Origin: Candidatus Magasanikiibacteriota bacterium
Lineage (GTDB): Bacteria; Patescibacteriota; Patescibacteriia; Magasanikbacterales; 2-02-FULL-50-9b
NCBI GenBank assembly: GCA_903893485.1
Contig: CAITMK010000004.1
Location: forward strand, 431 to 64,430
DNA length: 64,000 bases
Direction: 5' to 3'
Every line of letters begins with the position of its first letter. Position 1 is the first letter of the stretch. The notes beneath the pieces are model-generated. The model had not been told where the DNA came from and ran no database searches. It saw only the letters and a list, made by a program, of their open reading frames with translations. The translations under genes were made by a program, and so were the position numbers. Shown piece by piece: positions 1-9,895 of the stretch.

Positions 1-872
1 ACCAAATGTTTTGGACCATTTGCGTCTGAGGTAATAAATGGCTGGTTGATTTCAGTTTCCTGTGCGGTTGATAATTCGATTTTTGCTTTTTCTGCCGCGT
101 CCTTAATGCGCTGCAATGCTAAGGTGTCTTTGCTCAAATCAATCTGATTTTCTTTTTTGAATTCGTCGATGATCCACTGAATAATCACCTGATCGAAATC
201 ATCGCCACCTAAATGTGTGTCACCATTGGTTGCGCGAACTTCAACAGTGTCAGCGGATACTTCCAAAATTGAAATATCAAAAGTACCACCACCCAAATCG
301 TACACTGCAATTTTCTGATCAGCTTTTTTGTCGAAGCCGTATGCAAGTGCTGCTGCGGTTGGTTCGTTAATAATGCGCATCACTTTTAAGCCCGCGATTT
401 CACCGGCATCTTTGGTTGCCTGGCGCTGCGCGTCGTCGAAGTATGCGGGAACAGTAATTACTGCTTCAGTAATTTTTTCGCCCAAGCGCGCTTCGGCATC
501 TGCTTTTAATTTTTGCAACACCATTGCCGAAATTTCTTGTGGAGAAAAATCTTTGCCGCCCATGGTAATTTTTACCGCTTCACCAGATTTTACAATCTTG
601 TATGGCATGAGTTTTGCGTCACGCTGCACTTCGGTATCACCAAAACGGCGACCAATTAAGCGCTTGATTGAATACAAAGTATTTTCTGGATTCGTTACGG
701 CCTGGCGTTTTGCTGGCAAACCAACAACACGTTCGCCTGATTTTGACATCGCCACAATTGATGGCGTGGTGCGCATGCCTTCTGCATTTTCTAACACCTT
801 TGGTTGACCACCTTCGATGATGGCCATGCATGAGTTTGTTGTACCCAGATCAATACCCAAAATTTTTGACAT
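1..872 (-). CDS. dnaK: Molecular chaperone DnaK (Hsp70), N-terminal ~290 aa. The gene continues past the window start.
   Basis: Minus-strand translation from ATG at 870-872 reads [22 protein letters not shown]...[20 protein letters not shown]...[10 protein letters not shown]. It is absent from the ORF track because there is no stop inside the window. ORF 328..807(+) is its antisense shadow. Confidence 0.95.
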   Translation of the reverse strand, partial: MSKILGIDLGTTNSCMAIIEGGQPKVLENAEGMRTTPSIVAMSKSGERVVGLPAKRQAVTNPENTLYSIKRLIGRRFGDTEVQRDAKLMPYKIVKSGEAVKITMGGKDFSPQEISAMVLQKLKADAEARLGEKITEAVITVPAYFDDAQRQATKDAGEIAGLKVMRIINEPTAAALAYGFDKKADQKIAVYDLGGGTFDISILEVSADTVEVRATNGDTHLGGDDFDQVIIQWIIDEFKKENQIDLSKDTLALQRIKDAAEKAKIELSTAQETEINQPFITSDANGPKHL

Positions 873-882
873 ATTGTTTTAG

Positions 883-1371
883 TTAGTTTGTTTTTGTTTC
901 AGCCGCAACAATTACTTGCGCGGGTTTAATAATTTTTCCTGACATTTCGTAGCCGCCTGCAACTTCGGTAAGGACCGTGCCTGGCGCGACGCCCGCGGCA
1001 GATTCTTCTTTTACCGCTTCCATCCAACTTGGATCAAATGGTTTACCAACGGTTTCCATTTCGGTTACGCCGAGCTGCGAAAGCGTCTGTTTAAAAAGCT
1101 GAGCGATGTGGCCGGTGCCGGTCATCCAATTTTGCACGGCTGGCGATTGATCTTCTGCGGCTGGCACATGCGCCATCGCGCGTTTGAAGTAATCGTACAC
1201 GGGCAAGAATTTTTCCACGGCGTGCGCGGTGGCGAGCGTCATCATTTGGATGCGCTGCGCTGCTAAATCTTTTTGCAAATTTGCGTAATCAGCTTGCGCA
1301 CGAAGCGCTGCCGCTTTCCAGTCTGGTTCTTGAGGCGCTACAATTGGTTGTTCTTCTAATTCATCACTCAT
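883..1371 (-). CDS. grpE: Nucleotide exchange factor GrpE.
   Basis: 162-aa ORF with GrpE-like coiled-coil N-terminus and C-terminal beta domain. It sits between hrcA and dnaK as in the canonical operon. Confidence 0.85.
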   Translation of the reverse strand: MSDELEEQPIVAPQEPDWKAAALRAQADYANLQKDLAAQRIQMMTLATAHAVEKFLPVYDYFKRAMAHVPAAEDQSPAVQNWMTGTGHIAQLFKQTLSQLGVTEMETVGKPFDPSWMEAVKEESAAGVAPGTVLTEVAGGYEMSGKIIKPAQVIVAAETKTN

Positions 1372-2072
1372 AGATCTTGTTCAATTATTTTTTTCATAGC
1401 TTGAAGGAGCGCAAGGTTACGATCATAGCGCATGCGCATAAAGCCCAGAAGCGCGATGATTTTGTCCCCATCGCTCGTGGCAACTTTGGTCACGAGCATC
1501 GAAAGGTTGTCGTTAATCGGATTTTGTTTGCCGATTAGGATTTGCACGTCACCCGTGTGTTCGTAGGCGAGCGAGAAAACTTCGTCGAGCACTTCGTCAG
1601 TGCGATCCAGCGCGCGCGAGATGCTGCGCATAATGACCGCATCATGTGATTCTGGCGCGTCGTACATGTGGCTCATGCCAATGGCGTACAGTGAGCGCGG
1701 ATCCATGCCAACGACCACGACATTGCCCGCAAGCTCCGAAAGTTCCCGGGCAGCGCTACGGATTTTTTCTTCCGGCGTTGCACGTTCGATTTCGGTGTGA
1801 GCGGCCGCGGTTTCGCGGGTCACATTGCTAGGGCGAACAAACTCTTCGATGTACAGGCGGTACCCTTCTTCAGTTGGCACGCGGCCGGCCGATGTGTGCG
1901 GCTGGCGCAGGAGGCCTGCGCGTTCCAAGTCCAGAAGCTCGTTTCTGACCGTGGCGCTGCTCACATTTTCGTTGAGCCGCGAAACCACCCATTCACTAGC
2001 GATGGGCTGGCCTGTGGATATGTACCCCTCCACCACGATGCGGAAAATTTGGCTTTTTCTGGCTGAAAACAT
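1368..2072 (-). CDS. hrcA: Heat-inducible transcription repressor HrcA.
   Basis: 234-aa ORF with an N-terminal winged-helix. A CIRCE operator lies immediately upstream. The hrcA-grpE-dnaK order is retained and overlaps grpE by 4 nt. Confidence 0.9.
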   Translation of the reverse strand: MFSARKSQIFRIVVEGYISTGQPIASEWVVSRLNENVSSATVRNELLDLERAGLLRQPHTSAGRVPTEEGYRLYIEEFVRPSNVTRETAAAHTEIERATPEEKIRSAARELSELAGNVVVVGMDPRSLYAIGMSHMYDAPESHDAVIMRSISRALDRTDEVLDEVFSLAYEHTGDVQILIGKQNPINDNLSMLVTKVATSDGDKIIALLGFMRMRYDRNLALLQAMKKIIEQDL

Positions 2073-2096
2073 AGCCTTTTTGAGTCTTAAAACACA

Positions 2097-2123
2097 TTAG
2101 CACTCTGGAGTATAGAGTGCTAA
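2097..2123 (-). promoter_or_regulatory. CIRCE operator (HrcA binding site), TTAGCACTC-N9-GAGTGCTAA.
   Basis: The sequence ttagcactctggagtatagagtgctaa is a perfect 9-bp inverted repeat with a 9-nt spacer, 25 nt upstream of the hrcA start. Confidence 0.9.
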
Positions 2124-2162
2124 TGAAGGGTTGTCAAGTTGATTTTATCTAAAGAATATTTT

Positions 2163-4265
2163 TTAGATAGTCTCCGCAACAAAATCATCAAATTCCTGGC
2201 GAAATTCTTTTGATTTAATCATCCAGAGATCATCGAGGTCTTTAAATGGATCGATGAATTGCTCGCTACCCACATTCAATCTGTCATAAGTACTTGATGT
2301 ACCAGGAGCTTCTGTAAACCACTCATCTTGTTGATCTGTGGACACCCCAATCGCTTTTAAATCGTTCTTGTCACGCACCAGATGTGCCAATTGTCGCATC
2401 TGCCCTTCGATTGGCCGTACCTCATTTTTATACGCCTGATAATGACCTGCAATTTCTGCGAGTTTAGCTTTCCATTCTGGATTTGATTTGATCGCGCCAA
2501 AAAATTCTTGCTCAAACGGGTACTTCACCTCGTCTTCAATTGCGGAATATAACCACGTATTATTCAAGGTTGCCACATATCGATAGTCTTTTGCGGTATT
2601 CTCAATGGCTTTATTTGGATCTTGAAATAATTTTGGATGCGTACGACGAATTTCAGCGAGCATGTTCTGGACTGCGGTTCGGTCTTGGTTAAGAATTTCT
2701 GTGTGAGCTTTGAGTACCTTATTACGCTCCGCAAGAAGATCTGCGGTTTTTTGTTTCAGTTCTGTATAATTTTTTGGTTTATTTTTTTCAAATTCAGCGC
2801 TTGCCAATTGCCATCTGAAATTCCGCAAACGACTTTCAGCATCCATTTGCACCTGAGATGCATCAGACTGGATGGCATGAATAGCTTCTAATTTTTCATT
2901 GCCAAAAAATCCGGTAAGAGGTTTCTCACTTATTTTTGCTTCTTCTAGCAATGCTAACTCAAATGCGTGCTTTGCAGCTGTTGCCTTTTTTTGCGCCGCA
3001 CGCGCATCAAACTCCAAAAGAGATTCTTGCGCGGCTGGCGTTTCAGCGCGGGCTTCTGCGCGATAATGCTGAAGAACTTTGGCCTCAATTCGACTTCCAA
3101 CCCCAACATAGGTTGGATCCGTTCGAGCAAAAAGACGTACATGGTCGCGATTCAGATCAGTTAAACTTCGAATTGATTCTGCTTTATAGAATTCACCAGG
3201 TTGAAACTGCACCGGTTTTCGAGGACCTTTTGGCAAGAGTCCTTTCGCAATCAAATCTTGCATGAGTTTATCATCGATTTGCTTTGAGTCACCACTTGCC
3301 AGCGCAAAACTTCTAAGATCTTGATCATATGCGTTCACTTGACTTTCAAGCATTGCGAGACGTGCTTGGTATTGGGCACTCACGCGCACCGCATTAAAAA
3401 TTTCAGATTTAAGTATCGGATTTTTTTCAACATCTTCAATTACATGCGGCGCCACCTGCTCAACCATCACGGCAAATTCAGGATCAGTCATTGATCGTGT
3501 GCCCTTTTTTTTCAGCCATTCTTCATTGTGAGCGCTGCTATATTTTCGTTGAAGTGCAAATAATTTTTGGTTTGGAATATGCCCAGCGTCCCAAAATTCT
3601 GTTGACATCGTATAATCTCTAAATTCCTTTGCCGAATCCAGCAACGCTGCTTTTTCTGCCAAAATTGATTCGCGCGTCAATTCGGTTTCAACGGCACTTT
3701 CCGCTTCTGGATGTTGCGCGGCATTTGCTTCGGCCATGCGCACGGTCGCAGAAATTTGCAGATCCTTAAGCACTTCCGCGTCACCACTTTGCATCGCCGC
3801 ATCCATTTGAGCAACTTCTTCATCAGTAAGTGTCTCAAGCCGCTCTAGTAGAGCTGCTAAATTTTCATGCTCTGCGGCAGCGGTTCGTTTTGCATCAAAC
3901 GCTTCTTTTACACCCGGCACGTGAGCGCCACGCGCTGTTTCGCGCCGCACACCGTGCACTTCCTCTTCGGTGGTAACACCTTCTTGTAGCGCTTCATTCA
4001 ACGTCGGCATTACCTCGCCAACCGCTTCACGAACCTGTGCTTTATGCTGCGCCACCAATTCAGCATGCTGAGCCGCAGTATTTTGAGCAAGCTGATTATA
4101 AGTACTCGCTGACAAATGCAACGCATCGCGAACACGATCGCGAGTTACTGTGGCCTGCTGTTGTTTTGCTTTTGCTTCTTCGGCTGCTGTGGCAGCAGCA
4201 AGCTCAGCAGCCTCTCTTTCTCTTTTTGCGGTTAAACGTTGTTGGATATCTTCTAAGACGCTCAT
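2163..4265 (-). CDS. Large hypothetical alpha-helical/coiled-coil protein (700 aa). It shares an N-terminal motif with the neighbouring 383-aa protein.
   Basis: Long ORF with no recognisable catalytic motifs. N-terminal segment TVTRDRVRDALHLSASTYNQLAQ. Confidence 0.6.
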   Translation of the reverse strand: MSVLEDIQQRLTAKREREAAELAAATAAEEAKAKQQQATVTRDRVRDALHLSASTYNQLAQNTAAQHAELVAQHKAQVREAVGEVMPTLNEALQEGVTTEEEVHGVRRETARGAHVPGVKEAFDAKRTAAAEHENLAALLERLETLTDEEVAQMDAAMQSGDAEVLKDLQISATVRMAEANAAQHPEAESAVETELTRESILAEKAALLDSAKEFRDYTMSTEFWDAGHIPNQKLFALQRKYSSAHNEEWLKKKGTRSMTDPEFAVMVEQVAPHVIEDVEKNPILKSEIFNAVRVSAQYQARLAMLESQVNAYDQDLRSFALASGDSKQIDDKLMQDLIAKGLLPKGPRKPVQFQPGEFYKAESIRSLTDLNRDHVRLFARTDPTYVGVGSRIEAKVLQHYRAEARAETPAAQESLLEFDARAAQKKATAAKHAFELALLEEAKISEKPLTGFFGNEKLEAIHAIQSDASQVQMDAESRLRNFRWQLASAEFEKNKPKNYTELKQKTADLLAERNKVLKAHTEILNQDRTAVQNMLAEIRRTHPKLFQDPNKAIENTAKDYRYVATLNNTWLYSAIEDEVKYPFEQEFFGAIKSNPEWKAKLAEIAGHYQAYKNEVRPIEGQMRQLAHLVRDKNDLKAIGVSTDQQDEWFTEAPGTSSTYDRLNVGSEQFIDPFKDLDDLWMIKSKEFRQEFDDFVAETI

Positions 4266-4283
4266 AGTATATATTGATCATCT

Positions 4284-5435
4284 TTATATTTTCTTTACCA
4301 AATTCTGCTCAACCTCTCTTCTCCATTGACTAATAAACCCAACATCTCGATTATACTGAATGCTTGTAAAATTCTTCGGTTTTAGGATTGCACCCAACCC
4401 ACGATTTGATAGCGATCCAGGATGAGCAAAGTGAGTGTAGTCCAAATTTTCCACCTTTATGATTCCTGAATCTGTCGTGTGAATTTCCCCACCGGGATTT
4501 GATAAATAAAGATCTTGCTTCGGATCAAATCCATTTTCAAATGCAACAATAAGTTTGCCCGACTCTTTCATTCCCTGCTTTATTAACCAAATAAGTTCAA
4601 ACATCAAAGAGCAACTACCTGATGCGGCAGCTGTCTCAAATCGCTGCACAGCCTGCGGCATCACGCCCAACTTCGTAGCAATTTCTACGGCTAATCGTTC
4701 TGCGTTAAGAGGCACTTCCTTAAAACCCTCTCCATTTTTAAAGTGATTCCAATCTACCATATTACATAACTCAACAATTTGAGTGTCTAAATCTTCAAGC
4801 TTCGCTTTAAATTCAATCATCGCACCTGGGTGACTAAAGAGATGGCTGATTTGTCGTTCTTTATTTTTTAAATAAGTCATCTGCAATTCTGACTGTTTTT
4901 CGTATGGACGCACTCCACTAAAAGGCGGTGCAAAGGTTTTTATGGAGAATTCAAAATCAGGATTTTTATATGTTTCAGTATATAATCCATCAACGACGGT
5001 ATTTGTCATTTTATAGTCGCCCGATCGAAGCGCACGTTCAAGTGCGGCTGTTTCCTTCGGAGCCATGAGAGGTAATATTTCTATAGCTCGTCTTATGGTT
5101 TCTTGACGAACCATATCACGTTTCGATTCTGCCAGATTTTTCTTTAGCAACTCAAGCGTAGCATCCTTTGCTGCATGCAAGCCTTGATCGTACGCTTCAT
5201 TATTCAAAGGTTCGCCTTCGTCCAGAGCCCCATTAAACTTTTGACGAAAAGCCTGCGTTGATTCATCGCTTGCATTAAGTAAGGCCGCCTTTCTTTGAGC
5301 ACTCTCCCCCAAAGACTGTGTCAATCGCTCATGAGAAATATGAAGCGCTGCTCTCACATGATCGGCTGATACAGAATTGGTGTTAGTAGGTTGTTGGTTA
5401 TCAAGTGACTCTGACATATTTTTAGTGTTGTTCAA
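4284..5435 (-). CDS. Hypothetical protein (383 aa), possibly a papain-like cysteine peptidase fold (weak).
   Basis: N-terminal SVSADHVRAALHISHERLTQS motif, paralogous to the 700-aa neighbour. C-terminal AASGSCSLMFELIW followed by DYTHFAHPGS resembles a Cys/His catalytic arrangement. Confidence 0.55.
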   Translation of the reverse strand: MNNTKNMSESLDNQQPTNTNSVSADHVRAALHISHERLTQSLGESAQRKAALLNASDESTQAFRQKFNGALDEGEPLNNEAYDQGLHAAKDATLELLKKNLAESKRDMVRQETIRRAIEILPLMAPKETAALERALRSGDYKMTNTVVDGLYTETYKNPDFEFSIKTFAPPFSGVRPYEKQSELQMTYLKNKERQISHLFSHPGAMIEFKAKLEDLDTQIVELCNMVDWNHFKNGEGFKEVPLNAERLAVEIATKLGVMPQAVQRFETAAASGSCSLMFELIWLIKQGMKESGKLIVAFENGFDPKQDLYLSNPGGEIHTTDSGIIKVENLDYTHFAHPGSLSNRGLGAILKPKNFTSIQYNRDVGFISQWRREVEQNLVKKI

Positions 5436-5985
5436 TTTTCCCTAACAAAACATTTTCTACAAAAATGCCACGGGGAAAAAATATCCGCTCGAGTTCATTT
5501 TTGATTTCAGTTTCAATCATGTCGCGCTTCGTAAAGTTCATTTCTTCGTAGGTAAAGCGTGAAGCAATTAAACGAAAACGTGAACGAATCGTTGGGCGCA
5601 CAATTTTTTGTACAAATTCTTCGCCAATGGTTTGCCAAATTACGGGAATTTGATGCACGTCTAAACGCATGAGCACGGTACCTTGCATGGTGACATTTTC
5701 ATTATCTCGTGTGGTCGCTTCGATTGATTTATCACCAAGCGCGCGAATCATTTCTGGATTAAAATCATCATCAATGGTGTATTCCAAAGTTTGCACATTA
5801 AACAATTTCGCTTTCTGCCAAAATGGAATTTTTAAATGCAGGCCTGGCGTATACACACGCTTCAGCACGCCGCGACCTAAATCGTACACAGCCGCAACAT
5901 ATCCTGGTGGCACATAAATCGCAATGCCTTTAAGGACATCTTCCATGACAAACGAGTACATCATTTTATCGATTTCTTCTGACAT
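5422..5985 (-). CDS. SPFH/band-7 (prohibitin/HflC-like) domain protein.
   Basis: 187 aa. TRDNENVTMQGTVLMRL matches the SPFH core (TKDNV.v.vd..v.yrv). Confidence 0.5.
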   Translation of the reverse strand: MSEEIDKMMYSFVMEDVLKGIAIYVPPGYVAAVYDLGRGVLKRVYTPGLHLKIPFWQKAKLFNVQTLEYTIDDDFNPEMIRALGDKSIEATTRDNENVTMQGTVLMRLDVHQIPVIWQTIGEEFVQKIVRPTIRSRFRLIASRFTYEEMNFTKRDMIETEIKNELERIFFPRGIFVENVLLGKIEQH

Positions 5986-5991
5986 ATAATT

Positions 5992-6753
5992 TTAGTGATG
6001 AGCCGCACCTGCTTTTTTCTTTTTGAAAAAAGTCACACGGATAAGCGTGAGCAAGTACGAAAATAATAATGAAGTTAGAATAAACAAGGACTTAACCATT
6101 GGCAACCACCAGAGAAACAAAAATGAAAGCAGTGGAAATACAATTAAAAATGTTTTCTCCCGGCCCGTCATTTTTCCTTTTTTCCCCTGGCGACGAATCA
6201 AAATTTCGATGATAAGCACCGCCGCAACAATCGCTGGCCAAATAATACTCTGGTGGCCAACATCGAACACCAATGTTTGCGCTGCCGTTGGTCCATATGG
6301 CACCGAGAAAAACACCGTATTTAATTTGCCTGGATAATCAATGCCTGGATACAAAATACGCGCAAGCTGCGTACCCTGAATACCCGTAATAAATACTTGA
6401 TAAAGCAAAACCAAAACCAACAGCTGAATCGCCAATGCCGTGGTTTTTGCCCATGGACGAATTTTATACTTGCGCGCCAAATGACGCACGTACTCTTTTA
6501 AATAAACCGGATCCGCACGATGGCGCTTTTGCGCTTCAATAATTTTTTCTTCCATTTCTTCGTATGCCATGGCGTTACGTTCCGCCATAATTGAAAGTGG
6601 AAGCAAAAATATGCGTAATGCCAACGTAAGTGCCACCACCGCCCAACCCAAGTTTTGCTGGGCAATAGTGTTATAAAAATACACCAAAGCGTTTACCAGC
6701 GGTTGGTACAAAAACAGCTGCCAAAATGCAACCAGGTCATTCATATAGGTCAA
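5992..6753 (-). CDS. yidC: Membrane protein insertase YidC/Oxa1 family.
   Basis: 253 aa, polytopic. LPLSIMAERNAMAYEEMEEKIIEAQKRHRADP...KYKIRP matches the YidC C-terminal core. Confidence 0.8.
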   Translation of the reverse strand: MTYMNDLVAFWQLFLYQPLVNALVYFYNTIAQQNLGWAVVALTLALRIFLLPLSIMAERNAMAYEEMEEKIIEAQKRHRADPVYLKEYVRHLARKYKIRPWAKTTALAIQLLVLVLLYQVFITGIQGTQLARILYPGIDYPGKLNTVFFSVPYGPTAAQTLVFDVGHQSIIWPAIVAAVLIIEILIRRQGKKGKMTGREKTFLIVFPLLSFLFLWWLPMVKSLFILTSLLFSYLLTLIRVTFFKKKKAGAAHH

Positions 6754-6777
6754 AGTATATCATGTGTTTGGATTAAC

Positions 6778-8022
6778 CTACAACCGCGAGGTATCGCGGC
6801 GCATCAGTGCGCGCATGATCCAGTCAAGGCAAACCTTGGTACGATTTCTGAGGCTCCACATGCGCTGCAAAAAAACATAGCGGCGAATAATCCACATAAT
6901 CCTGCCCGAAAACCGAAATGCGCCCAGCTGCCCCACCGCAAACCAGTCGCCAATTGGCACAATGTCGCCTTTGCTTACAAACTTAAATGGTCGAACTGGC
7001 TGATGCGTCAACAAATTATACATATTTTGCGCCGCGTGTGCTGCCTCCGCGGTTGCGGCTTGTGCGGTTTGGGGAACCATAACTTTTTCCGGAAAAACAA
7101 TTTCTGCCACATCGCCAATCACAAACACCTCAGGATGTCCAACAAGCTGAAGCGATGCCGTTGTCGCTAACCCTCCATGTGCCGCAAGTAATTCGGCAGC
7201 AACCAAACCACGCACCGATGATTCCATGCCCGCAGCCCACACACGAAGGCCCGCACGCAATTCCCCACTACCCGCAACAGTCACACCATTTTTGGTGCAC
7301 CCTTCTACTTTTGCATTCAGCATTATTGTAACACCCATTTTTTGTAGACGCGCCGCGGCTGCTGCAGAAAGCGAAGGATGCATCTGACGAAGTAATCGAT
7401 CGCCCGCATCAATCAGCGTAATACTTGCCTCATGAATATCGACTTCTTGATACAATTCACGCAATTCGGTATGAATAAGGTCAGAAATCTGCCCTGCCAA
7501 TTCAACACCAGAGGGACCGCCGCCAATAATTATTGTTGCTAATAATTCCTTGCGTACTGCAGCATCTTTTTCACGTGCCGCTTTTTCAAAATGATCTATC
7601 AATTGATTCCGAACCACAACCGCATCATCAATCGATTTAAAAGTGGTGCAATTTTCATGCGCACCGGGAATGCCAAAATAATTTGGCCGCACACCCAGCG
7701 CGACGACAAGATAATCATAATTAATCTCACCACTATCGGTAACAAGTTTTTTTTGTGCAACATCAATTTTTTGAATCTGCGTTTCCGTGACAGTTTCAAC
7801 ACAGCAATTTACAATTTCACGCAGTGGTTGCGTAATATGATTTCGTTCAACAGAACCAGTTGCAACTTCGTGCAACATGGGGTAAAACAAAAAATAATTT
7901 TTATCGGAAACCATTTGAAACCGTACCGCCGGCGAACCGTGCAGTTTTTTGTGCAATGTCTTGTATAATTCAACACCGGCAAACCCACCTCCTGCAATAA
8001 CAATTTTTTTCATATTAGACAT
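6778..8022 (-). CDS. ndh: Type II NADH dehydrogenase (NDH-2), FAD-dependent pyridine nucleotide-disulfide oxidoreductase.
   Basis: N-terminal KKIVIAGGGFAGVE (GxGxxG) and a second dinucleotide site IIIGGGPSGVELAG. Confidence 0.85.
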   Translation of the reverse strand: MSNMKKIVIAGGGFAGVELYKTLHKKLHGSPAVRFQMVSDKNYFLFYPMLHEVATGSVERNHITQPLREIVNCCVETVTETQIQKIDVAQKKLVTDSGEINYDYLVVALGVRPNYFGIPGAHENCTTFKSIDDAVVVRNQLIDHFEKAAREKDAAVRKELLATIIIGGGPSGVELAGQISDLIHTELRELYQEVDIHEASITLIDAGDRLLRQMHPSLSAAAAARLQKMGVTIMLNAKVEGCTKNGVTVAGSGELRAGLRVWAAGMESSVRGLVAAELLAAHGGLATTASLQLVGHPEVFVIGDVAEIVFPEKVMVPQTAQAATAEAAHAAQNMYNLLTHQPVRPFKFVSKGDIVPIGDWFAVGQLGAFRFSGRIMWIIRRYVFLQRMWSLRNRTKVCLDWIMRALMRRDTSRL

Positions 8023-9046
8023 GTCGCCATTTTAATTTCCACCAGGTTGCCGCAATGATAATCAATTCAATACTACCACAAATACCACCCACGGTCGCGA
8101 TGATTCCCACAAATTCACGCGCGCCGATTGCAAAAATAAATGCAGGAACTATCATGGCCAGCGCCCAACTTGTAAAATGAGATAATCCAAAATCCCATTC
8201 ATACATGCGTTGCACTGCCAGTCCAATGGTAATAAAACTTGCGCCCATAAGTAGCGCTGCAAATGCATTTCCAATATGTGCCGCGGCAGGCCCAAGAACC
8301 ATGCCCAAACCCTCGGTTGCAACTTCGGTCGTTGCAATGCCCGTTAATCGAACTACGCCCCACACGAACAATAAATAAATAATAATTGGCACCGTTGAAC
8401 CAAGCACCACGGCGGTCAAAAAAGATTTGTGTGAGTGTTTTGTGAGTTCATGTACTTCAGCGATTGCTGCGGTGCCATGAAACGCAAAAAGCAAAACACC
8501 AAGTGGTAATAAAACAGAAATGTCAGTTTGTGGCAACAATGGCAAGTGCGTTCCGTGGGCAATACCCCACATACCAAAAGTCACCAGCACAATGATGGTC
8601 AGTGCATTGATCACTGAATCAATTGATGCAACTACTTTGATACCGCGATATACAATCGCTGCGCCGATTGCAAAAAAAATACAGGTCCACGCAAGTGAAG
8701 TGCCACCAAAAAGTAGCGACAGACTTTGCCCTTCTCCAATTAAATAGGCCGTGAGCGCACCGGTATGCAGTAATAAAAAAACCACGAGCATGAGTGACGC
8801 GGTTTTTTTTCCTAAAATTTTATTAACCACACCGGCCATTTGTAATCGGCCTTTGGTGTGTTCAAAAATATCAGCAAGCGCCAAATGCGTTACCAGCAAG
8901 AGTAATCCAACGCCGCAAATATATGCCGTACCCATGAGCAAGCCGGTGCGCGCAATTACCGAAGGTAATCCAAGTACCCCGGCACCCACAATTGTGGAAA
9001 ACAAAATTGCTGCTCCCCGCAGTGCGGGACGATTCAAAGAGCTCAT
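8015..9046 (-). CDS. Polytopic membrane transporter, amino-acid permease-like (aromatic amino acid/Aa_trans-type).
   Basis: 343 aa with 10-11 predicted TM helices and no ATP-binding motifs. Confidence 0.4.
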   Translation of the reverse strand: MSSLNRPALRGAAILFSTIVGAGVLGLPSVIARTGLLMGTAYICGVGLLLLVTHLALADIFEHTKGRLQMAGVVNKILGKKTASLMLVVFLLLHTGALTAYLIGEGQSLSLLFGGTSLAWTCIFFAIGAAIVYRGIKVVASIDSVINALTIIVLVTFGMWGIAHGTHLPLLPQTDISVLLPLGVLLFAFHGTAAIAEVHELTKHSHKSFLTAVVLGSTVPIIIYLLFVWGVVRLTGIATTEVATEGLGMVLGPAAAHIGNAFAALLMGASFITIGLAVQRMYEWDFGLSHFTSWALAMIVPAFIFAIGAREFVGIIATVGGICGSIELIIIAATWWKLKWRHV

Positions 9047-9058
9047 GCGTTTCGAAAA

Positions 9059-9895
9059 TTATGACTTCAGTATACCACGAAGCGCGGCTGCAGAAAATAA
9101 AATTGCGGACACCAAAACCACCGTTGGCCCCGTTGGTGTTCCAAATACAGCCGACGCAAATAATCCGCCAAGCATCGCAATTGCGCCGCATAAAACCGAA
9201 ACAATAACTAAACCACGAAATGATTTTGCAACATATTGCGCGGTCGCGGCAGGCAAAATCATGAGCGCGCCCATCAAGATGCCGCCAACCATGGTAAGAC
9301 CCGCGGTTACCACCATGGATAAAAGTAAAAGAAAAATAATTTCAACGCGACCAACGGGTACACCATCAACACGCGCCATGTCTTCGTGAACTGCCATGCG
9401 AGTAAGTTGTGTAAAAAGTGCAATGACGCCACAAATCACCACCACCAATAAAATTGCTGCAGTAATTACGTCGCTGGTGCGAAGCGTTAAAATATCGCCA
9501 AATAAATACATGAACAAGTTGCCGCGATACCGTGGCAACAACGTCATGAGTACCACACCAAATGCCAGCGCCGAAGAAAAAAGTACCCCAATAATCGTAT
9601 CAACATCGTGCGTGCCACTGCGTCGCAGCCGCGCGACCAACAAACCCATAAGCATACTCACCACCACCGCACCAATAAACGGATGCACCCCAATGAGTAG
9701 TGCAATCGCAACACCGGTAATACTTGCATGCGCAACCGCGTCAGTGAAAAATGCCATGCGGCGCACCACTACAAAAATACCAAGCAGCGCCGCGGCCACC
9801 GCCATCATGACGCCAACCAAAATTGCTCTTTGAAAAAATGGAAGAAAAAGTAAATCAAACATGTTGGTGTGTGTGAGTTTCGCCATCGTGGGCAT
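9059..9895 (-). CDS. Metal (Zn/Mn) ABC transporter permease, ABC-3 family.
   Basis: 278 aa. Hydrophobic ZnuB/MntB-like sequence. Confidence 0.8.
   Translation of the reverse strand: MPTMAKLTHTNMFDLLFLPFFQRAILVGVMMAVAAALLGIFVVVRRMAFFTDAVAHASITGVAIALLIGVHPFIGAVVVSMLMGLLVARLRRSGTHDVDTIIGVLFSSALAFGVVLMTLLPRYRGNLFMYLFGDILTLRTSDVITAAILLVVVICGVIALFTQLTRMAVHEDMARVDGVPVGRVEIIFLLLLSMVVTAGLTMVGGILMGALMILPAATAQYVAKSFRGLVIVSVLCGAIAMLGGLFASAVFGTPTGPTVVLVSAILFSAAALRGILKS

Noticed and set aside
328-807. 159-aa plus-strand ORF at the window start.
   Set aside because: It is the antisense shadow of dnaK. The minus strand gives an unambiguous DnaK translation across the same span.
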